A stretch of DNA of 64,000 bases from Balanoglossus misakiensis (lineage: Eukaryota > Animalia > Hemichordata). Positions within the stretch are counted from its first letter, which is position 1. Every line of letters starts with the position of its first letter. The translations under genes and the position numbers were made by a program. The DNA lies in contig CM082587.2 in the NCBI GenBank assembly GCA_040954595.2, forward strand, positions 8,685,403 through 8,749,402, given 5' to 3'. The notes below the pieces were generated by a model, which was not told the DNA's origin, made no database searches, and saw only the letters and a list, made by a program, of their open reading frames with translations. Shown one piece after another: positions 1-10,800 of this stretch.

Positions 1-645
1 CACTCACTCACTCACTCACTCACTCGCTCACTCACTCACCTACTCACTAACTCACTCACTCACTCACTCACTCACTCACTCACTCACTCACCTACTCACT
101 AACTCACTCACTCACTCACTCACTCACTCACTCACTCACTCACCTACTCACTAACTCACTCACTCACTCACTCACTCACTCGCTCACTCACTCACCTACT
201 CACTAACTCACTCACTCATCACTCACTCACTCACTCACTCACTCACTCACTCACTCACTCACTCACTCACTCACTCACTCACTCACTCACTCGCTCACTC
301 GCTCACTCACTCACTCACTCACTCACTCACCTACTCACTAACTCACTCACTCACTCACTCACTCACTCACTCACTCACTCACTCACTCACTCACTCACTC
401 ACTCACTCACTCGCTCACTCACTCACTCACTCACCTACTCACTAACTCACTCACTCACTCACTCACTCACTCACTCACTCACTCACTCACTCACTCACTC
501 ACTCACTCACTAACTCACTCACTCACTCACTCACTCACTCACTCACTCGCTCACTCACCTGCTCACTCGCTCACTCACTCACCTACTCACTAACTCACTC
601 ACTCATCACTCACTCACTCACTCACTCACTCACTCACTCACTCGC
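1..645. repeat. (CACT)n microsatellite with variant units, in a DEG/ENaC intron
   Basis: Visible tetranucleotide array with recurrent CACCTACTCACTAA variants. Confidence 0.97.
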
Positions 646-822
646 TCTTTGATTGGCTATATTTGAATTTTCCATGATAACAGTTGGTTAACAAAATGTG
701 AAGGTGACCATGTACGGTTAAATCAGAGTTGGTTGATTGAGATGATGATTGAAAGATTATCGGTTTCATGGAATCTCAACAAATGAATCAATGAGCAGCA
801 AAAGGCTGAATGATAATCTCAC

Positions 823-3800
823 TGTGTAGCTCGGATTTTCTGAAGTCTCCTCATAGTTCAGGGTTTCGAAATAAACTTCAACTCTGACCAAATTCGATCT
901 GCAACAGAAAATAGACAAGTTATTCAATGCAGCACCACCATCGACAGTCTGTGAGGCCTGGTGGCAGTGATAGGATAATTCAGAAACTATCACTCTGCCT
1001 TGAATAATTCATCACAAACCGGTTTTGCTGGTTTATACTAAAACGATTTTTTTTCTGGTCAGGCAGTACAACATGCTAGAGAAATTTAAAATAGTACCCC
1101 GGTACCATTTAAACCCTTTCAGCACCATGGTTCAGTCCAAACCCATTATTTTCTATGGTAAGGTTGAACCTCAAAACAGGGAACTCTGGGTGAAAGGGTT
1201 AATTATAACCCAAGAAGGTATAAATGCGGAACAGAAATCGTACCTGACATCATCGTGGGTATGTAACATCTGGGTCTTCGCGTTTTTCGTCTTCAAAAGT
1301 TTCAGAAGTTTCTTCTGTGGCATATAAAGTAGGTAAACACTTCAAACATGGGAACAAATATTTCTATAATTGTAACTCATTGCTAGCATTTTCGACATCC
1401 ATAGTGAGAATAAATATCCAATTTCTTTGATAGGATAGTTTCTTATGGTACTCCTGAACATCTGTCAAACAATAAGTACAAGCAAACAATGAAATATTGA
1501 AATTATTATAATTATATCCTTATGTGTTGTGTTTGTAGAATCTGGAGATGTAAGAGAAATATTTACCAGATAGGCGTCAGATGGCCATTGTGATTGTGAT
1601 ATCGTTATTGAATATCGATCCTCCCTGAAAAAAATTGCATAAAACCTGAAATTACTTGTACCAGCATAGATTAAATGCATCAAAAACACACCCAACTTTT
1701 TGCATGTTTACCTACCCATTTCCCACCCGAAACCCACCTCTTAGAAAAAAGAGATGGGTTTGAAGTGGCTGTCTCACACACCTCAAACATATCTCGTATT
1801 TATTACTTTACCTGCACTGAGCGGGGCAGTTGCATGGCAACGCCGAAGACTGGAAAAAATAGTACATCAACTGACGGCAAAGATCTGCAAGAAATCACAC
1901 AAAAGAATGAACACTGAAAGAATTCTTGTTTAAAACTAAAATCATGTCAAAGTACATTTTCTACAAATTGAGTAGCTAAGTCTCACAAGATCTCACATTG
2001 AGCAGAAAATAAATTGCTCTTCTAAAATCTCCCTTACCTTGTGATGGATTCAGTAGTTGACACATCGGTGCATTTATATCAGCCAAAGTGTCTGTACATC
2101 CACAATACTTAACAAGCATGTACTGATAACATGAATTCTCGCAGGCCTAAACAAATAAAACGTGATGAACTGAATTATTATTAAGGGAGAAACATTTTAT
2201 GAGGGTATTACAAAAATATCGCAAAGTATGCACGAGGACATTAGCGCTCAGTATCACCCGACGCGTAGCAGAGGGCGATGCGCTGCGCTAATGTCCGAGT
2301 GCATACTTTGCGGTATTTTCGTAATAACCTTATTATTATACATCTTACATCTCCGTTACTTCTTGTGTTGCATGTTACTTGGCTTTCAAAACGCCCAAAT
2401 TGCCGATACAATCGATCGCCTGGTAATTCTTAAATACATTCTCACTTTATCAGCCTTTCACATATATATTTCACTGTTTCAGCACCATGGTTTGGTCCAC
2501 ATCTATTGTTTCCTATGATAATGTTGGACCTTTTAAAAGGGAAATGGGGTGAAAGGGTTTAACTCTATATTTGAAGAAAAATTTCTCACCGGAATGGAAT
2601 AGTTACTGTTCGTGTATCCGTACACTGCGTCAATATAAGTGTCATCTTTTCCTTTTTTGCAATCACCATAGGGTTGGTCCTTGCGCTGAAAACTAGCCTT
2701 AAAAAGATAACAAGAAAATAGTGTCAATTGCACTGTGCTCCTATTTGAAATGATACATATCATGTGAAAGTGACATACATGATACATATCAGTTGCAGTT
2801 GGACTATACTAATCAACCAGACAGGTACTTTCTTGAAAAACAAAAGAGTTTTTGACCAAAATGGCAAAACTTCTCCCTCAAATACATTGTAACCATTATC
2901 CAAGATCAACAAGACTTCTCGTTGTTTTTTGTTGCTGTTATTGTGATGGTGGTGGTTGTTTTTGTTGTTGTTTTTGTTGTTTGATACAGGAGGGATAGGG
3001 GAGAGGACAAAGATGACAACAAGCTAGGAAGATGGTTAGATTGACAATGTGGAAAATTTGAAAGCGTTTTAATCATATAAACATGTTGCACTGGCTAATG
3101 ACATGAAAGTGATATGTGTTCTCTACATTGATATTCACCATTTTCCTCAGTTTGCATGCTCTTGGCTTTGAACTTGTCACTGTACAAACAACACAGTTAA
3201 TCAGATTCAAGACCTACCTTTCTCAGCGCTGCGTGAGTGATTGTCCCAGGCTTGGCAGAAAAGCCTTGTTCTTGAGGAAACGGTATCTCACCCCGCGGTA
3301 ATATCACAACAACAGCAGAAGATTCCTGGCCGTAGACGCTGAGATATTCACTCTGCTCTGTGTACAGAGTCAGCGACAATCCTGCAAACAAAAATATGGG
3401 GGTTACACAGGCACCATTAATTAAGACGGTTCTCAAGCGTCTCAGATCAGATACCGTCTTAAAAACGTGTGGATGGTGTTTTATGTTCATAATGAGATTT
3501 CAACACACAAAGTATACTGTATATGCTTCACTGCAATTAGAATATGAAAATACCTCGAATCGATCCTGTCCCCTTAGCGTAATGAACACGAGGTGATCTT
3601 TGCGAGTTAAACTGAAAACAGTTTCCATATCTTTCTTCGTTGATCATCACAAAGTCTTCACTGAAAATGGAGACATAGAATAAACATGAACACTTTTGCA
3701 AGATACATGTGTGCATCTGTAGTAATAATCTTAACCCCCAGTTCCCTCTTTAGAGTTCAACCTTACCATAGAAACGATGGGTTTGGACTGAACCACTGTG

Positions 3801-4495
3801 GTCAAAGGGTTAATTCCAATTATTTACCTGAACTCGCATTCTTCGCCAGCATAGGAACAGTCCAGGATAAAATCGTCAATTTGGTGACCCAGGTGTTGAA
3901 GTTCCCCCTCTGTGAGTTTTAAGACATCACTATATTTACTGTACTCCGGAGATCGGCTGAAACTCTTCAGTCTCTCCCAGTCAGGTGGTGTTTCTCCTCG
4001 GACCCTGTCCAGACCAAGATCTTGGTGTATGTTGCTTCTGAAGTACTCAAAGTCGTGCATGTCGCTCGTGATGTTATGGAACTTTTTGGTCCAGCCAGCG
4101 TGGAACGTATCGATGTTCTCTGCATAAAAAAACACCCATATTATATCTTCGCTTATCACATCATTTTGTCCATGGACCATGTGCTTAAAGGGGCGGCAGA
4201 CCTTTTGTTTCCCAATAAACAGTTCAATACTTAGTCCGAAGTATGTTGTTTTATAGAAATGTCCACATAAACAAATATGGGCTTTTAACACACACACACA
4301 CGTACACACTCAAGCAATCACATACATACATACATACATACATACATACATACATACATACATACATACATACATACATACATACATACATACATACATA
4401 CATACATACATACATACATACATACATACATACATACATACATACATACATACATACATACATACATACATACATACATACATACATACATACAT

Positions 4496-4536
<41 letters not shown>

Positions 4537-4769
4537 GAATGTTAATGTCTTACCAGATGTTTTATTTAAACAATCCTGCTCATCAAAACCATCATCACAG
4601 TCCATTATTGTGTCACAAATCACACACACACACACGTACACACTCAAGCAATCACATACATACATACATACATACATACATACATACATACATACATACA
4701 TACATACATACATACATACATACATACATACATACATACATACATACATACATACATACATACATACAT

Positions 4770-4822
<53 letters not shown>

Positions 4823-7800
4823 GAATGTTAATGTCTTACCAGATGTTTTATTTAAACAATCCTGCTCATCAAAACCATCATCACAGTCCATTATTGTGTC
4901 ACAAATCCTGTACGGGCTGATGCATTTTCCAGATTGGCATGTTGTGAAACCATCTTCGCAGTTTCCGTTAGTTTCACCTGATAAATATGCTACAGGAATA
5001 GAAAAGGGTTTGAAAAGGAGTTTGTAAGTTTGACAACAGTTTCTTTTTCAAAAATTTTCCATTCACCCCCCAGAAATAAAATGGTTATCCCCCTTACCAT
5101 CAGCTCGCATCCTCTGGTAATTGTTTGCCCCCTTCTGATAGACAAGGGTCACATTTTCTCGTGGACTGCAATCCTCGTACAATCTACAGACCAGCGTCTG
5201 CGTATCAAAATCAAAACAATTGCACAGATATCGGTTCCAGTTCTCGCACGTCTGCAGGCAAGTCTCCAAAGTAACACCCAGGAATACGTCTGTGGAGTCG
5301 ATCGACAGTTGTGCGTTTTCTTGCTTGTCGAACATGGACATCAATCGATGATCCTGGCCAGATTTCAGTTCTGTAAGGTTAAAGGGACGTTAGTTGTAAC
5401 TTTTGCCTTTATTTTGTGTGTGTAATGACCATTGTTATTGTTGACAAGTGAATTCAACTCTGGACTTGAATTCAAATTTTGCACAATAACAAGGCTCACT
5501 ATATAAACATAGGTTATCATATTTTTTAAAAGATTTTTCAGTGTCGAACACTGAAATAAAAAAACATTAAATTTGCGGCAAAATCTGATGTTAGTGTTTT
5601 TTTTCTTAAACAGATAAAGAAATGTGTGCTTTGAAGACCAGATGGAAATGCATATATTGGCTTTCGGTAAGAACGTTTTCATTTTTCATGGAAAACGTTC
5701 AGCTAAACATGCCATGTTTTTCAGATATCTAGCATATGCAGTTAATAGTTTTGTAGGTTAAGACTGAATGATGGTGGTGAAACACCCCCAGTTCCCTCTT
5801 TAGAAGTCCAACCTTATCACAGAAAACAATGGGTCTGGACTGAACCATAGAAGTGAAAGGGTAAAGCAGCTTGTGAGTGAAGCGGTAATAAAGCAAATCT
5901 TACCTTCGCCATACACTTTAACCTCGCACAAACTCAGACTTCCGTACTTCGTTTCAAAATCCCAGAACTCCTCAGAAGTAAATTTATCGTATTCTTCCAT
6001 GACGACCACAACGTATCTGCCAATTATGGGCATACCGCAATCCAAAAGTATCTTTCCCATGTCCGTCTCAGTCGGAGAAAATTGCCATCCACAGAGCGTA
6101 TTGTTCCTTAAATGCGATAGATCCTTTTGAAAGCCTACGAATATCTTCTCAACCATGGCTGAATCATTGCCTGTATCAAGAATGTTGACTTTAGGTTAGT
6201 CAACAACATCAACCTTGGTTTTATTTTTACCATGTTCATGCAAAGTCTGTGTAATTGCCAGTTTTCTTCTCTCAGGGTTTAAGTGGTATATAGTGAATCA
6301 TCGTTCGACCACAGACAACTTCCATCCCACTTGTATGATATGAGAGTAAAATAATGAATAAATGTTAGAGACCGATTATTCATTTTGGCAAGTTTTTTCA
6401 CTCTCGTGTATCCAAGTGGGATGGAAGTTGTGTGTGGTCGAACATTGATTCACTATATATCCACATGTAGAATAACATAAACGGTGTCTTGTATCAAACA
6501 TAATTAATGGAAAAAGGGCAGCGAGAGAGAGACTTTGTCCCTTTAAAAGTGCGTAACGATATAGTCTGCTAGTATGCTCACCTGCCCAAATGGGTTGAAT
6601 AATCTCCACTTTGTGAACAAAGTGAGCAGTTTCAAGATCCACATACCACCACAAGTCCAATTCCACCATCGTTGACGCGCAGGTGTTCGCGTCACCATCA
6701 ACAACTCTGTCTGAAACTTCATCAAGTTTTGTAGACGTCTGAAGTGTGGGTTTGCTCAGGGCAACATTTCGCAACTTGCTATGAACAACTGAAATAAATA
6801 AAATGAACCGATGATAGCAATCTTTAGAATCTTGACTACTGATAAAAAAGACTCGAAACAAATAAAATATATTGTATACCAGGAAATTTTCGCAAATATG
6901 CATGGGCCAGAAAAACACAAAAACTTATAGTCATGAACATTTTCAAAAAACATAATTTTATGTATATAAAGAGAATACTGGTATAAATTATAGAAACATT
7001 TCACAAACTCACCTCGACCTTTGACCTCAACCTCACACAGTGTCAAAAAATCGGTTCTGTTCACCAACTGAATTGAAACATATCGTCCAATCATTGGTTC
7101 ATTTTGACATCTAACAGAAATTGGGTTTGATGATAGGTCGCCAATACTAAGTGGTTCTCCGCATATCATTTGCATGTTTGTCTCGTTTTCTCCGATGTAC
7201 ACCTGTGCATTCACCAACTGTTCGACTGCGATTAAAGTTATCAGATAGAGAAAAGAACATAAACACAACATCGCAAAATTTAAACTATCTCTAGTCTAGT
7301 GCATATCTCTAGTGGCTAAAGTCAATGCATAATGGTGTACGCATCTATCATTATCTTTGCGTAATTATGGTCAGAAATGTGCGAAATGCGCAGGATTTTG
7401 CGTTATTGAATTCACTGTACATGTAGTATAGCTTGAAAATTAATTTCGTGAAATTATCCCAAAAGTTGCAGCTCATGGGACTTTAAAAAATAAATCTATC
7501 ACACAAAGCCAATATATTTACCACAACAGTCATCACGGTTGGTGATAATTATGTCGTAAATTTCAAAGACTTCTCCAAGATCCACCCGCCACCAGGGTTC
7601 AAACTCGTACTGAGTATGTGTACAGCTGCGATTACCATAGTTACTGGATGTGTCACCATCCACGGCTCTCGCGGCGCTACCGTCTCCATGGCGACTACTC
7701 TGGGAGGCGACTTTCTTCTTTGCCAAGTTTGGGAAGTTGTTCTCTGCCACAGAATGAATGAAAGGGATACCACTATATTACCATCACCATTACAACCAGG

Positions 7801-10800
7801 TGGCCACCATCACCACTATTACTACTCCCACTGTACCAGGGTTCTCCCCAGACTAGTTGACAGTGGTCAGAAGTGACCAGCACTCAAGTGAAAAAGCTAG
7901 CAAACAAAAGCTGCCAGCAGGCACTATTTAGTACTCAGTCGAAGCTATTTTCTCATGTTGATACATTGATGAATGGGTATGACTTGCCACTTACAGGAAT
8001 TTTATTCTATGGGTGTCTGTAGACTTCTAATACAGTAAAACCTGTCTAAGACAAACCCTGTCTAATCTGGAAACCTGTCTATACCGAACACCCTTTCCAG
8101 TCCCTTTGACATAGAACCACATGTTAAAAGGGACAAAGTCTCTCTCTCGCTGCACCTATACAAGATGCCATTTATGTTATGTTACATGTGGATATATATT
8201 GAATCATTGTTTGACCACACACAACTAGCAGACACGAGAGTGAAAAACTAGCCAAAATGAATAATCGATGTTTACCGTTTATTCATTTTGGCGAGATTTT
8301 TACTCTCATATCCTACAAACAGGGTGGAAGTTGTGTGTGGTCGAACATTAATTCACTATATATCCACATGTAGAATAATATAAACAGTGTCTTGTGTGAA
8401 ACATAAGTAATTGAGAAAGGGCAGTGAGAGAGAAACTTTGTCCCTTTAAATGAACCTCTATAAACTGGACACCTCTACAAACCAAACAGTTTCTTCAGTC
8501 CCTTTGGTGTTCGGTATAGACAGGTTCGACTGTAGTTTTGAACCCTGTTTTTTTAAATGACAAAATCCGTGGAATGCTATAGAATTCTTTAGAATGTTTT
8601 CATAAGGGATATGCATAATATCATTTAACCTGCAGCCAGAATTTCGACTTCACATAATCCCAGTTCTTCCGGCCAGTTCTCGGCGATGATACCAGCAAAC
8701 TGGCCAACAATTGGCGATGCTGTACAACGCAGTGTAAATGCGGCAGATGAGATGACGGTATTGACTCGGGAAAGATAGAAACAGAGCGAATTCCTCAGAA
8801 TGTTCTCTTGGTTCATCCCAACATAACTGCGCATTCTATATCGATCTGCAACTGAGAACACAAAATAACATTGTTTATTCTGACCCAAGACTTAATAGTT
8901 TCAGTGCATTTCAGTGATGTCTTAAAGACACACCCTTTCTATAAATGTTCCATAGAATTCTGTAGATTTTATCATTTCAATAGAAATAGGGTTCAAACCT
9001 ATATAGAAATCTATAGACATTCATAAAAATTCTATAAATTTCAATACAAATCCGTAAGGCTAGAGAATGCTATAGATATCTATACAATGTCCTTTGTACT
9101 AACCTAGTTCTTCTGTTCGCACGATAGTGAAGCCATACACTATATACTTCATCCCAAGGTCAACCATATAGAATGGGTATCGTACAGATGGCATCTGAAT
9201 ACATGTGGATGGGCGGCCATCATTGCCGTATTGCACATAACTTATTTGGTCGTCTGTTGTAGGCAGCCAAGCCTCTTTCTCAAGAGCGACGTTTTCGACT
9301 TCTGTGTCTGTGGTAAAATATTGGAAACAAATTACCATAATCACTCCAGTAATTCGACTGCTAAGTCTTAAAACCATGTTATGGTGTGCTTTAGTTTGCA
9401 TGCCCACCCACTGAAAATCTGTGATCTGCTAGATCGTTGCTTTCCATCGTAACAGTAGAAATTTGAATAGCTAAGTGTGTTCAGATCAGAATTTGATTAA
9501 AAATTCATTTGAGTGGAAGGATTAATATATACTTGTATGAATAATGTATAGGTCAGCTGTACAGGGGAGGGTCATTAAGTTCAAAGTTCAAAGTGCAAGT
9601 TCCGACTTACCACAAAAAATGTCTGCTTCATCGCTACCATCACGACAATCATAATGGCCGTCACACAGGGCAACTTTGTCAACACACTCTCTAGACGTCA
9701 TGCAGTGGAAACTAGTCTGGAGATCACACACTGTGAAAAATTAATGTTTTAGATGCTTTTAAAATCAAACAGATAGTTGGACAGGCAAACTGACAGAGAG
9801 TTGGACGAGAGACAGACAGAGTTGGATAGAGAGACTGGTAGTCAGAAAGTTGCACAGAGAGACATATAGACAGACAACTGGACAGACAGTTAGACAGACA
9901 GACGTTGGACAGACAGACAGACAAACAGACAGAGATGTGTATTTGAAGCTAGCAAAACTTGCAGTAATAAAATTCATTAATCAAAGTAACAAACTATCAT
10001 TTTTCTACACAGTGATCTTTGATCAGAGAACCATCATCTTTTATATATACAAAAGATTAAAACATAAGTTTGTATAATACCTATTAAAATGTGAAGTAAA
10101 GTTGATAACAATCCAATCTTCAGGAACAGACAGTACGAAAAATGTATTACTTGCACTGTTGACATGTAACACGGTAATGAATATGTGTTGCACTACCACA
10201 TTAAATTTTGATGGGTCAAAGGTCATATGACTCTTACTGCAGTTATCTTCATCTTCTCCACCGTAGCAATCTTTATATCGGTCGCATCCCAATTCTTTCC
10301 GGATGCAAATTCCAAGTTCACTTCCGGTATGGCAGCGGATTTGATTACTATCACATTCATCTAGGTTTCAGGGAAAAATTACTTAAGCAGCACCATTTGG
10401 ATTAAAGTATATACAATCGCCTTTAAAGCCCCTATAGCTGCCAAATTTCACATATTATTTGACAGTAAAATACTTCAAATACATGTATATTCCTTATCCT
10501 CTAAAATCCTCACTATTAAGCCATATTACTTGCATTTGCATCAGTTTGTCATCTCTTGGCAACGCATACCACGATAGCTGCGTACTGTTTGTATGGAGGC
10601 TGATTAAATCGGTGCAGCACCGTTTTAATACATAGCGTGTTCAAATTACAGCATGCAGTCACAATCGGGCATCGATAAGGTGTTCATGTATACCTATCAT
10701 GGTGCATGGTCTGGTCACCTTAAATCCTAAGCATATCGCCATTTGAATTTGTGACCAAATGATTTTTGGTTGGTCTCCACACATATGTGCATGTACACAA

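Noticed and set aside
1-645. CRISPR-like or telomeric array
   Set aside because: It is a simple tetranucleotide repeat without spacers, is not TTAGGG, and lies in a eukaryotic intron.
645-822. Searched for the DEG/ENaC TM2 exon (GG.LGL..G.S)
   Set aside because: It is not present here. It presumably lies left of the window beyond the microsatellite, so truncation or pseudogene status cannot be claimed.
4243-5027. Long ORFs with HTYI/MYVC repeats
   Set aside because: These are translations of the (CATA)n microsatellite, not genes.
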